Part shown: in pieces, positions 21,801 through 32,156 of the stretch | Layout of the letters: each line of letters starts with the position of its first letter | Position numbering within the stretch: position 1 is the stretch's first letter | From: Planctomycetota bacterium | GTDB taxonomy: Bacteria > Planctomycetota > PLA2 > JAEUHO01 | Assembly: GCA_965222115.1 (NCBI GenBank) | Contig: CBDCTJ010000007.1 | Location: forward strand, 2,944,001-3,008,000 | Direction: 5' to 3' | DNA length: 64,000 bases | Notes under the pieces: generated by a model | Told to the model about the DNA's origin: nothing | Database searches by the model: none | Seen by the model: the letters and a program-made list of their open reading frames with translations, nothing else | Position numbers and translations under genes: made by a program

Positions 21801-22612
21801 TGCTCGAGCACGTGGCGACCAATGATGTTCTTCTTGAAGGTGCGAGACTTCACCGAGAGCGATTTGGTCTTGTAGAACAGTCGCACGATATCGGCGTCGG
21901 TGCTGAACTCTTCGCTCACCGCACGCAACAAGGCCGTAGCCGGGAATTTACCCGACTGGTCAATGCGTACGGCCAAGACTTCCTTCTTGGTCACATTGAG
22001 TTCAATCCACGAGCCGCGCTCGGGAATCAGCCAGCAACTGTGAAGCTTTCGTTCCGAACCGTGCGTCTGTACAGAGAAGTCGACGCCCGGCGAGCGGTGC
22101 AACTGCGTGACAATGACACGCTCGGTGCCATTGATGAGGAACTCACCCCCTCCGATCATGATGGGGATCTCGCCGAGGTAGACATCTTCCTCGACGGGCG
22201 ACTCCTTCTGTAGCCGCACGCGGATCTTGAACGGACGTCCGTAGGTGAGCTTGAGCTCGCGGCACTCGTCCTGCGTGTAGCGCGGACTACCGAGTTCGTA
22301 GCCGAGGTACTGAAGTTCCATCGTGCCGTCGTAGGACGGAATGGGAAAGATCTCGCTCAGCACGCCATGAAGACCGCTGTGGACACGGTGCTCGGGCGTG
22401 ATGTCTTCCTGGAGGAATGACGAAAACGCATTCGTCTGAAGATGCACAAGGTTGGGCACGGGTTGTGACCGGCGCCCGCCGAACCGACGCTGTTCGAGAT
22501 CGCCGATGGGCGTGCCAATCACCTCGGCAAGCGTATTGTGACCCGCACTGCCCGAGAGACTGCCATTGCCATTGCTGCCGCCTTTGCTATTGCCATTCGT
22601 GTTGCTTGCCAC
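18821..22612 (-). CDS. rpoB: RNA polymerase beta subunit
   Basis: [49 protein letters not shown]. Confidence 0.99.
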   Translation of the reverse strand: MASNTNGNSKGGSNGNGSLSGSAGHNTLAEVIGTPIGDLEQRRFGGRRSQPVPNLVHLQTNAFSSFLQEDITPEHRVHSGLHGVLSEIFPIPSYDGTMELQYLGYELGSPRYTQDECRELKLTYGRPFKIRVRLQKESPVEEDVYLGEIPIMIGGGEFLINGTERVIVTQLHRSPGVDFSVQTHGSERKLHSCWLIPERGSWIELNVTKKEVLAVRIDQSGKFPATALLRAVSEEFSTDADIVRLFYKTKSLSVKSRTFKKNIIGRHVLEQQADPDTGEIIVEALEPVSEEAAERLKKSGLESVETVADLDDALVLNTLLEDTTESHEEALQKIYGRLRPGNPPQIEKAKDLFREKFFDAGRYRLGKVGRFRLNRKFNTSVPENQQTLHKDDLVQAVRYLMKLRAGQGEVDDIDHLGNRRIRTIAELAADEMRKGFLKLRRTAQERMNIEDSDSITPRSVINSKTISSAIDYFFGRGELSQVVDQTNPLSQLKHERGLSALGPGGLNRKRAGFEVRDVHISHYGRICPIETPEGTNIGLISSLAIYSGVDEYGFLITPYQVVKNGVVTKEIVFLRADQELDQIMAPADTPVEDSGKIAETNILGRYNDDFLIVKAKDVAYMDVSPMQLVGVSASLIPFLEHDDANRALMGSNMQRQAVPLLRTDPPIVGTGMETIVAANSSMVVVAKGDGAVSYVDALKIVVDEKEGSRTYTFRKFVGLNERTCQNQKPLVNVGDTVKAGQIIADGAATHKGELALGRNILVAFMPWDGYNFEDAILVSEALVRDDAYTSIHIDMYEIEIRETKLGREEFTNDIPNVSERALRNLDDEGIVRVGTRVKPGDILVGKVAPKSKSELSPEEKLLHAIFGRAGEDVRNDSLTVSPGVEGIVINTKKFTRKVNVSEEERLENQQKIKEIETEFHKLFVTRLDALLESMSESLGRKLIDPVTRKQFSAEGVTKPAELREFRDRLTTAIRGSGLRPDDPFHAEARQRLREIDDAEAVKNKRVNRLSRGDELATGVLEVVKVYLATRRNLSVGDKMAGRHGNKGVISRILPMEDMPFLADGTPVEICLNPLGVPSRMNVGQIMETHLGHAARLLNTRVATAVFDGATEQAVEDMLVEAGLPADGKVTLYDGRTGSRFDQDVTVGYMYMLKLHHLVDEKIHARATGPYSLITQQPLGGKARFGGQRFGEMEVWALEAYGAANILQELLTVKSDDVDGRMKIYESMVKGENVLEAGTPVSFEVLCNEIRGLGLNIELEKSRL

Positions 22613-23107
22613 GATTCACTGCCTCCTTGCACACACACGCGGAGACCTGGGCAACACGAACTAAGGTCAAGAGCACGCAGCCTGTTACACACAGCGTGGA
22701 TGTCACGCACTCTGTGGGCGCGACGTGCTGCCAAAACGTGTGTCCAAGGCGCATTTCTTGGCGAAGTACAACCACAAGGTGGTTGCGCTCACGTGAGAAA
22801 TGGTTGCGGCTCATAACCAGTTAATTCGCGCTTTGGTTCCCAAGGGTTTCCAAACGCGTACGACTTGCTTTCGAGTCGATTCGTTTCGATTCGAAACACG
22901 TGATAAGAAATGTGCACGTACACAACACATTGCGTGCGATTGGTATCGCGTGCAAATGGAGTCGTGTGCAAATGCAACCATCTCATCGCGGCCGCAACCC
23001 TGCAGCACCCAATCTGGAGGTTCCCTCGGCCAGAGGAACGCGCTGGCGGGTGAGTGCAGAGATATTCCTGGGCGCGTCCATGACGGACGCCACCCAGCAT
23101 CAGCATA

Positions 23108-23128
23108 GGCGGGCCTCTGAGGCCCGCC
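23108..23128. terminator. GC stem-loop after rplL (terminator/attenuator before rpoB)
   Basis: ggcgggcctctgaggcccgcc inverted repeat about 35 nt after the rplL stop. Confidence 0.5.
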
Positions 23129-23164
23129 CGCCGAAAAATTTATTCATTGACCCCAAGGATCGAG

Positions 23165-23572
23165 CTACTTGACCTCAACCTCAGCGCCGGCTTCTTCCAG
23201 CTGCTTCTTGAGGGTCTCGGCGTCGTCCTTGGACACGCCTTCTTTGACGGCCTTGGGTGCGCCGTCCACCATCGCCTTGGCTTCTTTGAGACCAAGTCCG
23301 GTGATAGCGCGGACGGCCTTGATCACCTGGATCTTCTGCTGGCCAGCGCTCTTCAAGATGACATCGAATGCCGTCTGCTCGGCTTCCGCATCGCCACCGC
23401 CGCCAGCAGCGGGCGCCGCCATGACTGCGGCGGGTGCCGAAGCCGACACACCCCAACGACCTTCCATGGCCTTGACCAATTTGGCGGCCTTGGCAATCGT
23501 CAGCGAGTCGAGAGAAGTGAAAATGGCCTCGAGGTCGCTGTCGAGCTCGATGGTTTCCTGTTCGTCGGACAT
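23165..23572 (-). CDS. rplL: 50S ribosomal protein L7/L12
   Basis: [31 protein letters not shown]; ATG at 23572. Confidence 0.98.
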   Translation of the reverse strand: MSDEQETIELDSDLEAIFTSLDSLTIAKAAKLVKAMEGRWGVSASAPAAVMAAPAAGGGGDAEAEQTAFDVILKSAGQQKIQVIKAVRAITGLGLKEAKAMVDGAPKAVKEGVSKDDAETLKKQLEEAGAEVEVK

Positions 23573-23688
23573 GATTCCAACTCCTGAAATACGAAACTTG
23601 GTGCGCAAGGCGACGAAACGGCGCCCGACGCGAAACGAAAACTGTAAATGCCTTTGATTCTTGGACTGCGCGTGGGATTGCGCGGAGC

Positions 23689-24276
23689 CTATTCCGCGGC
23701 GACCGGCTCCCCGGCCTCGCCTTCTCCGTCCTCCGAAGACTTATCGATTCTTGCCTGCAGACAACGCGCGAGACCGCCATAGACGCCGCTAAGGCACGTG
23801 GCAATGCCGCGCGGACTGCCAATGATGGCGCTCAGCAACATGCCCTTGAGCTCAGTGAGCCCCGGCATGTCGGCCAGGGTGGCCGCGTCGGACGCGTCCA
23901 TCAACTCGCCATCCGCCACAGCGCCTTTCAGCGTGAGCGGCTTGAACTTCTTTCGCCAATCGCGGACGATCTTGGCGCACGGAATCGGACCGTCGCCGCC
24001 ATAGACCACGGCTGTGGGCCCCTTCAACATGGCCTCAAGATCTTCAACCGTGTCGGCGTCTTCGAAATAGCGACGCTTGAGGGCCAACTTGGCGGTGCGA
24101 TTGTGAATCACACGAAGTTTGGCGCCCCCCGCCTTTTCGCGCAGGTCCTTGCGAAACTCTTGGACGTTCTCGACCGTCATGGGACCGGGATCCAAAACCA
24201 ACAGCCCGGCGTCGGCATCGACCAACGCCGATTCCAACTGGGTGGCAAGGAGCCGCTTAAGTTCTTTTGCCATCAC
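23689..24276 (-). CDS. rplJ: 50S ribosomal protein L10
   Basis: [26 protein letters not shown]; position between rplA and rplL. Confidence 0.92.
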   Translation of the reverse strand: MMAKELKRLLATQLESALVDADAGLLVLDPGPMTVENVQEFRKDLREKAGGAKLRVIHNRTAKLALKRRYFEDADTVEDLEAMLKGPTAVVYGGDGPIPCAKIVRDWRKKFKPLTLKGAVADGELMDASDAATLADMPGLTELKGMLLSAIIGSPRGIATCLSGVYGGLARCLQARIDKSSEDGEGEAGEPVAAE

Positions 24277-24287
24277 GGACTCCTTTC

Positions 24288-24977
24288 TTAGTTGAGGTCC
24301 AACCGAAGGCCAGGGGTCATCGACGCGGAGATTGCTACCCGCTTGATGTAGGTGCCCTTCACCGCCGCGGGCTTCATGTTTTTGATGAACTCGAAGAAGT
24401 GGCGAATGTTGGCTTCCAGATCTTCACGAGAAAAACTGCGCTTGCCGACCGGTACGTGCACATTGCCCGTCTTGTCCGCCTTGAACTCAACCTTACCCGC
24501 TTTGAACTCGGTGACGGCCTCGGCAACACGTGGTGTGACCGTACCCGACTTGGGGCTGGGCATCTTGCCTTGCGGTCCAAGAACGCGGCCGAGCTTGCCC
24601 ACGACACGCATCATGCTCGGATGCGCAATACACACATCGAAGTCCATCCAGCCTTCTTGGATGCGGCTCGCGAGGTCTTCGCCACCCACTTCATCCGCGC
24701 CCGCTTCGGTAGCGGCCTCCGCGTGCTCACCCTCCGCGAATACAATCACGGTGCGCGTCTTTCCAATGCCCTTGGGCAAGGAGACGCTGCCCCGCACTTG
24801 TTGATCGGCCTTGGTGGTATCAATGCCAAGACGCATCGCCATCTCGACGGTCTCGTCGAATTTGGCCTTGGGAAACTTGCCCAGCATCTCGAGCGCGTCG
24901 GACACGGTATAGCTCTTAAGCTTCTCGTAGCCCGGCGTGCCGGTGGCAGCCCGGTAGCGTTTCGTGGTTCGTGCCAT
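24288..24977 (-). CDS. rplA: 50S ribosomal protein L1
   Basis: AKFDETVE..DQQVRGSVSLPKG..LGRVLGPQGKMPSPKSGTVT. Confidence 0.98.
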   Translation of the reverse strand: MARTTKRYRAATGTPGYEKLKSYTVSDALEMLGKFPKAKFDETVEMAMRLGIDTTKADQQVRGSVSLPKGIGKTRTVIVFAEGEHAEAATEAGADEVGGEDLASRIQEGWMDFDVCIAHPSMMRVVGKLGRVLGPQGKMPSPKSGTVTPRVAEAVTEFKAGKVEFKADKTGNVHVPVGKRSFSREDLEANIRHFFEFIKNMKPAAVKGTYIKRVAISASMTPGLRLDLN

Positions 24978-25222
24978 CCGCGAATCTCCCTCTCCCGTCC
25001 TGTCGCGCGGTCGCCAGAGCGGTGCGAGTTATCGTGTGTCGTCCCGTCTCCGGAACGATCGAAGCGGCAGATGGTGCCTCAACCGCGGGCGGGAGACGAC
25101 AAATTCTTGAGGGCCCTCGCCCCTCCGGGTCGCAAAGGGCGACGGTATCGTGGGTGGTCCTGCATCTCCAAAGGAGCGCGGCGATCCAATCCACCTCGAA
25201 TCCAAAGCTGACCGCAGAGCGG

Positions 25223-26953
25223 GTGAGATACCTGGCGTCGCTCGTGGCGCTCCCCCTTGCGATTTTTCTGACAGGGCTGCCGCTTGGGGGCCCCGCCCTC
25301 GCCAAGGAGGACGACACGCTAACAGTTCGAGACCGCCTTGAGTTGTTCATGGATGCGTGCGCGGTCCATGGATTCGAGGGCGCCGTGATCGTCGTGCGCA
25401 ATGACGAGATCTTGTTGCGCTCGGGCTATGGATTCGCGTCGCGGGCGGAGGGAGTCGCCAATCGCCCGGACACGCTGTTCGATGCCGGTTCGGTCGCCAA
25501 GCAGTTCACCGCGGCCGCGGTGTTGCGCCTCAAGGAGCAAGGCGTCATCAAGCTGAGCGACCCGGTGGCCGAGCACCTCCCCACGCTCGGCGATCGCTGG
25601 AAGCCTGTCACGATTCACCAACTCCTCGCGCACGCGTCCGGGATTCCACGCGACGTCCATCCCGGCCTTGTTCGCGATCCAAGTCGAGCAGGATTTCTTC
25701 GCGCGGCAAAGCAGTTGGGTCCACACGCCACCGCCAACGACAAGGCGAGCTACAGCAATCTTGGCTACTCCGTTCTTGCAGCACTCATTGAAGTGGTGTC
25801 AAAGAAGTCATTCGAACACTATGTCCGCGAGCAAGTCTTTCACCGCGCGGGCATGACAAGAACACACTTTCCCCGTGAACGTAAAGCCACCCCGCGATGT
25901 GCGCGCGGTCTTGAGAAGGGCGTTGAACGCCTCCCGGCAAATCGAGAACGGTTTCCCTGGCGTTTCAAAGGCAGCGTGGGTGTGCTCACGACCGTCGAGG
26001 AACTGCGTGCATGGGATCGCGCGCTCCGAGCCGGTCAAGTGCTGAGCGTGGAATCACTCGCCGCCATGAACACACCGCATGCGGGACGTTTCGGCTATGG
26101 CGTACTCGTCCGCAAGCTCTCGCAACATAAACAGCACATTTCGCACTCCGGCGCGACCATGGGATTCGAGTCGGGGCTTCGCCGAATTCCACAAGACGGC
26201 CTGCTTGTCGCCGTACTCGCGAATCGGCGTGGCATTGGCTACATTGCGCGCGGGCTGGAACTCATTGCCCGCGAACAACCCGTTGTTATGCCCCCCGATG
26301 CTGTGCAACTGAATGCATCAACAAGCAATGCATGGCGCGGCGAGTACCAGAGCAAAAATCGCGCGATGATCCGCGTGGACCCCAGCGAACGAGGATTGAT
26401 TGTGACGCCACGATCGCAATCCGCACTCGCGCAGCTGTTCGGCCACACGTCGGGAGCGCGTCGCCCGGGCCGTTGGGGACGCTCGCACTGGAGTGGCTGG
26501 ACGTGGCGCAACGAACGGCTCACCAATCTCCTCAATGCGCTTGGCGAGGATGCAGTAGATGACGCCCTGGCATACGGGATGCCCAAAGCATTCTGCAAGG
26601 GGTGGGCGCTAGCGCGCGCCAAAGTAGGCGCACTCGAATCGTGGAGACATATTGGCAACGTAAGTACGCAAGTGATGCAGTACTCACTATTCGAACTTAC
26701 ATTTCAGCGGCGCCGGCGCTTGCTTGTCGCGCGCTGGGGCGGGCCCCATGTCGATGAGATGTCACTCTACCCCGTAGGCACAGTGTTTAGCAAACGCTTC
26801 GTGCATGTAGGAAAGAACCAATACGTCGCGTTTGACTTCGAGACATGGAAGGCCAAACCGCTCACCATCGCCGATGCGATCCTGCAACTACCCAATGGAA
26901 CGCGCTTTGAGCGCGTGGCGTCAAGCGAAGCACGAAACACGTCAGAGAAATGA
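25223..26953 (+). CDS. exported serine hydrolase (class C beta-lactamase/PBP4-like) with C-terminal extension
   Basis: SxxK (GSVAKQFTA), LLAHASG, YSNLGY, HSG motifs; signal peptide from GTG 25223 (track ORF start overlaps rplA and is too far upstream). Confidence 0.85.
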   Translation: MRYLASLVALPLAIFLTGLPLGGPALAKEDDTLTVRDRLELFMDACAVHGFEGAVIVVRNDEILLRSGYGFASRAEGVANRPDTLFDAGSVAKQFTAAAVLRLKEQGVIKLSDPVAEHLPTLGDRWKPVTIHQLLAHASGIPRDVHPGLVRDPSRAGFLRAAKQLGPHATANDKASYSNLGYSVLAALIEVVSKKSFEHYVREQVFHRAGMTRTHFPRERKATPRCARGLEKGVERLPANRERFPWRFKGSVGVLTTVEELRAWDRALRAGQVLSVESLAAMNTPHAGRFGYGVLVRKLSQHKQHISHSGATMGFESGLRRIPQDGLLVAVLANRRGIGYIARGLELIAREQPVVMPPDAVQLNASTSNAWRGEYQSKNRAMIRVDPSERGLIVTPRSQSALAQLFGHTSGARRPGRWGRSHWSGWTWRNERLTNLLNALGEDAVDDALAYGMPKAFCKGWALARAKVGALESWRHIGNVSTQVMQYSLFELTFQRRRRLLVARWGGPHVDEMSLYPVGTVFSKRFVHVGKNQYVAFDFETWKAKPLTIADAILQLPNGTRFERVASSEARNTSEK

Positions 26954-27579
26954 AACGCGCCTGCACCTACATTGTTTCCTTGATCACTGTAGGATGCATA
27001 ACGGCCTGTTCCTATGCACTACCGCCACCGTATCCCGGCCCGTTTGTTGCCAAGAAACAAAGCGACCGATGGGAGCGTGCAATCGAGAGGCATGCACAGC
27101 ACGGCGATTGGATCCTCATGCGCGGCTATACGCCGTTTCATACACTAGTCAGCGCCGCGGGAAATACGCCATGGTCCCATGTGGGGATCTACGACGCACA
27201 CGCACGATGCATAATCGATGCTGCGCCACTTGGCGTGCGCACCAAGCCGCTTCACACCTACCTGTGGCGAATGCACCACATGCAGGTTGTACGTCCTCAT
27301 CAGCAGTCACCGCAGCGCGCGGCAGCCGCTGTTCAATTCGCGCGATCACGCGTGGGCAGAGGATACGACATTGGTATTGCCGTTGGCAGGCCACACCCTG
27401 AACGATGGACCTGTGTGGAACTCATGCTGGATGCGTACTCGATTCGCGTTCATTCACAACCGGATCGACGCGCGCTGTTTCCCCACGTGTTGCATCGCTT
27501 CGGTTCGGTGGTCTATGACACGGGGCCACGTGTGAGAGCGCCCGCGTGCCGCCCTCGCTGTCGTTCATCCCCAAAGTAG
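26950..27579 (+). CDS. YiiX/YebB-like permuted NlpC/P60 papain-like lipoprotein
   Basis: Lipobox ITAC, GDWILMRG, WSHVGIY, GRGYD, WTCVELM (His before Cys = permuted order); ATGA overlap with upstream gene. Confidence 0.8.
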   Translation: MKRACTYIVSLITVGCITACSYALPPPYPGPFVAKKQSDRWERAIERHAQHGDWILMRGYTPFHTLVSAAGNTPWSHVGIYDAHARCIIDAAPLGVRTKPLHTYLWRMHHMQVVRPHQQSPQRAAAAVQFARSRVGRGYDIGIAVGRPHPERWTCVELMLDAYSIRVHSQPDRRALFPHVLHRFGSVVYDTGPRVRAPACRPRCRSSPK

Positions 27580-30500
27580 AAACGCAGCCCAGCAGGCGGG
27601 GCTTGCGTCAACATCCTTCGCGGCGATGGCCTCCAACTTGGCGGCGCGCAGGGCGTCCATGGGCGAAAGGCCTCGGCCCAGATGGGCGTCGTAGAAGCGC
27701 TCAAAGAAACGCGCGGTCGCCTTGTCTTCAACGCGCCACGCACTCGCGATGACACGACGCGCACCCGACCAAAGAAACGCGCGGCTAAGTCCCAGCAGGC
27801 CTTCGCCCCACGTAGGAACGCCACGCGCCGAGTTGCACGCCGAAAGCACAACCAGATCCGCATCCACCTTGGTGGTAGCGATAGCACTTGCACTCCACAC
27901 CGCATCATCGGCAAGCACCAGTCCCGACGCATCGGCGCGCTTGGCATTGAGTACGCCGTGGCATGCGAAGTGGGCCACACGCCATGGACGTGTGGCCTCC
28001 GCGTAGTCATTCGCTACGCGCGTCACTGTGGTTTCATCGCGGGTCAATACAGTTGTCGATTCGTCCTCGAAGTACTGCCTGATGTTTGCCACTTCGCTTT
28101 CGCTTGCGGGTAGCTCGGGAAACGTACCCGTCGATGGCGGATTGGCTACAGCGAAGAAGCCCTCACCGCGAGAGGCGCTCGTCCGTAGCGTCATGGCAGC
28201 GGTAACACTCGGAACGAATGACACGGCGTAAGACGAGAGTACTCGTTGACCATCAGCACGTATAAGGGCTTCGAAAGGTAGCGTTGCGAGAGATCCATCC
28301 GGCGAAATCAGCAAATGCGTCTTGCCTTTCAATGTCACTTCGAGTGGCTTAACCAGTCGCGTGTAAAGCTGAGTCGCAAGAGAGTCAGACTTTGCACCCG
28401 GCGTTGAGAGTCGACGACGATACGCCATAACGAGGTCAATGAGGCCATCGTTAGAGTCCAATCGGTGAAACGTTACGGATTCGCTGTCAATGATCATGAC
28501 CGAAATCGCGTCGGCAAAGGAGGTGTCATAGGCAACATACGCTGTGTGCTTATCCAGCGTGGTTTGAAACACGCTCAGTTCCGCGGGGCGAATACGCGAC
28601 ACCATGGCGCTGCGCCGTGAATGCTTGGCAATGGCCGATACGACGACGTTGCGCGCGGTCCATGCCGCCTCAAGATCCGAGGCAGCACCGGCTGCTTCGT
28701 CGCCGCCTCGCCTCAACCGCCGAAGCGAAACTACGCGACGTTGGGCACGTCGGAGTCGGGCACGACTCTCGCGATCCGCCTTGGCAAGCTCGTCGGGCAA
28801 TCGAACATGTGCCTTGAGTGTGTGCAGGGCCTGCGTGAGTTGCGTTGCGCGCCCAACTTCAAAGAGCCAATATCCATCCGCTTTGATCTGGGCAACATCG
28901 TCGCCTTTGGCACCGCGCAAAAGTGCATGCACGGCCTCGAGGCCCAATCGTGCAAGCCGCGATGTACGCCATTGGCGGTTCATCGCTGTGCCGGGCGGTA
29001 ATCCTTCGTAGCTTTCGATTTGAAACGTGGCGGCGGACTTTGCGGCTTCGAGACCCTCGCGAAACAACCCACTGGCAATGGCCGCCTGGGTAAACATTTC
29101 ATCGATGACACCAATCGAACCCTCAATCTCGGCAGGTTCATCGCGAAGGGCGCGCAACTGAGCAAGGGCCTCTTTCGGCTTTCCGCGGTGAACATCGAGC
29201 CCCGCACGGACAATACGTGCCGAGCGCAAATACGTCTTGGAGGGAAGGGGACGAAAACTCTCCATGGCTCGGTCATAGTGCGCTTCCGCAAGATCCCAGC
29301 GCTCTTGAATCTCTGCCAACTGACCGAGATGAATCAGACTCCGACCACGCAACTCGGTGACGTCGTCCGGCTTGAGCAACGCAAGGGCCTTGTTTGCCGC
29401 CGCCTCCGCTTGATCCATTTCCTTGAGATTGAAGTGAATTTGGGCGAGCTGTAGCTGCGTTTCCGCCACCTTCAACCGCCAGGCCTGCGATTCGGCAAGC
29501 GACTTCATCGCAAGCACAACGTCCTTCGCGCGCGCGTTCTCGCGCAGCACGCCGAGTAGCGTGGCCTGAAGAGAGAGAAGGTTGAAGCGCGTCTTCGGGT
29601 TGGGCTTTTTCAACTTGAGTGCAAGCGCTTTCTCAATGGACTCCATCGCCGGAGCGAACCGATTCATTGCAAAGCACACTTGCGCTCGCCGGTGGAGGCC
29701 CGATTGCAACTGCGCTACATGACCCCTCTTCGTCGCGTAGGCAATGTGCTCGTCTGCGACCCGTAGCTCGGGATCGTTTCCAGGCAGATCGCTTTCGAGG
29801 TTCCAGCGAAGTGTGAGCACGTTGTACATCTTGTGCGGATCACGCGCCTTGAGGGCCGCGGTGTAGGCACGATCCAATACCGCGGGAACGTCTTCGTACT
29901 GGCCGAGTTTGATTCGACGGCTCGCGATGTTCGATCCAATGCGCGCGATGGTATCGGCATCACCGCTCGCCAACACCGCATCCCACGCACGCTGCTCATC
30001 GACTCGTATGCCACCAATATCTTGGAGTTGCTGACTGTATGTCGCCGCGACCCGATACGCACGTGCAGCTTGAAGGAACCACGCATGGTCCATGGCCAGC
30101 TTGCCGGCCGCACGATTTATCGCTCGCGCTTCCTTCTGCATCCCAAGACGACCGTAGGCGATGCTTAGCCAGCGGTCATAGCGCCAGCCTAGAAAACTGG
30201 GTGGCAGTTTTGCACGCAGCCCATCGTGCAACTTCGCGACGCGCAACACGGTATGGGGCAGCCCAAGATTGAGGAGTCGTTCAAGTCGATGGCCGACACG
30301 ACACACGCGCAGCTCGACGGCCCACTGCTCTTCCGTCAGCGATGACCAACGCTTGACCTCTCCACGAAGCGCGGCCGAACCGGGCAGGTGCTTCGTATGC
30401 CCGGCGACCTTGTCCAACAACGCCAAGAACCTTGTTCGCTCCTCAGGGTCATCATTCTTTTCGGTCGCGTGGACATGGGCGCCCACAAGTGCAGCGCCTA

Positions 30501-30684
30501 GCTCCAAGACGTCGTGTGAATACGTAGCGAGTGTTGCCATGACTACCGCAGGCTTGCCTGCTTGATGTGCGGCATAGATCGCTTCCGCCGTTGGCGCAAT
30601 GCGTCCACCCGGATTGTCTTCCGCGGCATGCGCCGACAGCACCCCAAACATCAGGCAGCCACACAGGGTGAAGAAGCGACGCAT
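27565..30684 (-). CDS. TPR-CHAT caspase-like protease with N-terminal signal peptide
   Basis: LLISPDGSL, LPASESE, HFACHG, LVVLSACNS, GEGLLGLSRAF, SAWRVED, WAAF; long helical TPR-like region; MRRFFTLCGCLMFGVLSAHA N-terminus from ATG 30684. Confidence 0.9.
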   Translation of the reverse strand: MRRFFTLCGCLMFGVLSAHAAEDNPGGRIAPTAEAIYAAHQAGKPAVVMATLATYSHDVLELGAALVGAHVHATEKNDDPEERTRFLALLDKVAGHTKHLPGSAALRGEVKRWSSLTEEQWAVELRVCRVGHRLERLLNLGLPHTVLRVAKLHDGLRAKLPPSFLGWRYDRWLSIAYGRLGMQKEARAINRAAGKLAMDHAWFLQAARAYRVAATYSQQLQDIGGIRVDEQRAWDAVLASGDADTIARIGSNIASRRIKLGQYEDVPAVLDRAYTAALKARDPHKMYNVLTLRWNLESDLPGNDPELRVADEHIAYATKRGHVAQLQSGLHRRAQVCFAMNRFAPAMESIEKALALKLKKPNPKTRFNLLSLQATLLGVLRENARAKDVVLAMKSLAESQAWRLKVAETQLQLAQIHFNLKEMDQAEAAANKALALLKPDDVTELRGRSLIHLGQLAEIQERWDLAEAHYDRAMESFRPLPSKTYLRSARIVRAGLDVHRGKPKEALAQLRALRDEPAEIEGSIGVIDEMFTQAAIASGLFREGLEAAKSAATFQIESYEGLPPGTAMNRQWRTSRLARLGLEAVHALLRGAKGDDVAQIKADGYWLFEVGRATQLTQALHTLKAHVRLPDELAKADRESRARLRRAQRRVVSLRRLRRGGDEAAGAASDLEAAWTARNVVVSAIAKHSRRSAMVSRIRPAELSVFQTTLDKHTAYVAYDTSFADAISVMIIDSESVTFHRLDSNDGLIDLVMAYRRRLSTPGAKSDSLATQLYTRLVKPLEVTLKGKTHLLISPDGSLATLPFEALIRADGQRVLSSYAVSFVPSVTAAMTLRTSASRGEGFFAVANPPSTGTFPELPASESEVANIRQYFEDESTTVLTRDETTVTRVANDYAEATRPWRVAHFACHGVLNAKRADASGLVLADDAVWSASAIATTKVDADLVVLSACNSARGVPTWGEGLLGLSRAFLWSGARRVIASAWRVEDKATARFFERFYDAHLGRGLSPMDALRAAKLEAIAAKDVDASPACWAAFLLWG

Positions 30685-30900
30685 GCGTTCTACTTTAGCC
30701 GGAACCTGACGTGTTGGGTGAAGGTGAAGATGCCTTGTTCGTCGGGCGTGAGCCGTTTCGCGAGGAGGGAGAGAGGCGCAGAGGGGATGCGTCCCGTTGG
30801 CTGGTGGCCCAGAATCGGGAAGTGTCGGAACTCGATAATGTAGGATTCTTTGGGCGTGAAACGCCACAGTGGCGCTCGCCTTAGACACGGGCTCGCTCTA

Positions 30901-31015
30901 GTTCGGCCCTTCGATGCGCACGTCGTGGATCTTCGATCCACTTGTGCTTACTCAGGGTCTCCGACTACGTCGGGTCTTCGACCCTCGTTGTCTCCGACAC
31001 GCGTCTTGAGATGTC
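30901..31015 (-). ncRNA. unidentified structured element, copy A
   Basis: Ungapped 87/115 match to 36829-36943 with compensatory changes in stems; G-U pairs favour the minus strand. Confidence 0.65.
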
Positions 31016-31235
31016 TTGGCATCTTGTTGTCGAAGCAGAGTTCATCTTGACGTAGCCATCCTTCTGTGCGAAACGAGTCGCGTTCGACGGCGAACAGAGA
31101 AATCACACTCCATGACATGTGTGGATTTGGTCCTGATGCAGCCTTCAACGCGAGACAGGGAGAGCAGTGGGTCCATAAGCGAATTGTACGTTGGCTCGTG
31201 AATGCATGCCCGTTCGTAGGCTAAACTGGTTCACC

Positions 31236-31547
31236 ATGTTGGAGCAACGCCCCGATTCTGTACTCCTTACACGCGTCGGCATGAACTACGAAGCCACGCT
31301 CCTTGCGGGCCGACTCAAGGCACACAGCGTCGATGTCGTTATCGAAGAACTCATCGCCTATGACGACGCCGCGGGAAATTCGGGCATTCGCGTATGGGTG
31401 CCGGAAGCCCAACTTAAACAAGCTCAAGAAATCTTGGCGGAGCTAGAAGCTGCGCGAGACACCCTCACCGAGAGCGAACTCGAGCGCCAGGCGATGAAAG
31501 CGGGCGAAGTCGTCGAGACTAGAGAGACTCCCCGCGCTGAAGACTAA
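31236..31547 (+). CDS. DUF2007-like putative signal-transducing small protein
   Basis: EATLLAGRLKAHSV..IRVWVPEAQLKQAQEIL pattern typical of DUF2007; ATG at 31236. Confidence 0.7.
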   Translation: MLEQRPDSVLLTRVGMNYEATLLAGRLKAHSVDVVIEELIAYDDAAGNSGIRVWVPEAQLKQAQEILAELEAARDTLTESELERQAMKAGEVVETRETPRAED

Positions 31548-31722
31548 CGGTCGTGGTCACACTTTGTTGGTGATCCTTGCCAGGCGGTCGGCATCACGGA
31601 ACGTTAATCTCGCAAAATTTGCCCAACGTCAAGTACTTAGCTGCACCCATTTCGAACCATGCGCCAACGCCACATGTCGGTGCAGGACCTGCAGGCGACA
31701 TCAAAGACACGACACACCGGTT

Positions 31723-32145
31723 TCAGCCACGCGAACCTCGACTCGCGGCACTTGACTCAAGACGAAGAAGTACAGTCACAAGGATCAGTATCAATCCCTG
31801 GATGAACACTGTAACGCCCGTGGGCAATCGCGCACTGCCAAGACACCCACAACTGAAGTCGGATGGCGTCCAGGGAAGCAGCACTACGGAAGTTGCGGCT
31901 GCCCCGATGAATCCCCAATACAACGCGAGTGCGGTCGTATGCCGGTAGCGGGGAGTCACTAGTGTTGCTGCTACGACGAGTTCTATCAGCGTCACGATAA
32001 ACCGTGCAACTGAAGAAATGCTAAGCAGTTCGAAGGGCCAGAAATTTCTAGACAAAATCTTTGCTATCGCACTCGAAGTCAAGACAAGCGAGATAATCAG
32101 CGTGAGCACAAAACGCCAATTCGTAGCTCGAGTTTCACCGCGCAT
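31723..32145 (-). CDS. MauE/DoxX family membrane protein
   Basis: Four hydrophobic segments, AIAKI, IELVVA, SCGCLGS motif. Confidence 0.75.
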   Translation of the reverse strand: MRGETRATNWRFVLTLIISLVLTSSAIAKILSRNFWPFELLSISSVARFIVTLIELVVAATLVTPRYRHTTALALYWGFIGAAATSVVLLPWTPSDFSCGCLGSARLPTGVTVFIQGLILILVTVLLRLESSAASRGSRG

Positions 32146-32156
32146 GCTCTCTTTTC

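Noticed and set aside
21047-22213. 388-aa and other long plus-strand ORFs within rpoB/rpoC
   Set aside because: Antisense ORFs caused by codon bias in high-GC genes
24971-25222. Track ORF start overlapping rplA
   Set aside because: Signal peptide begins at GTG 25223; the upstream part is the divergent promoter region
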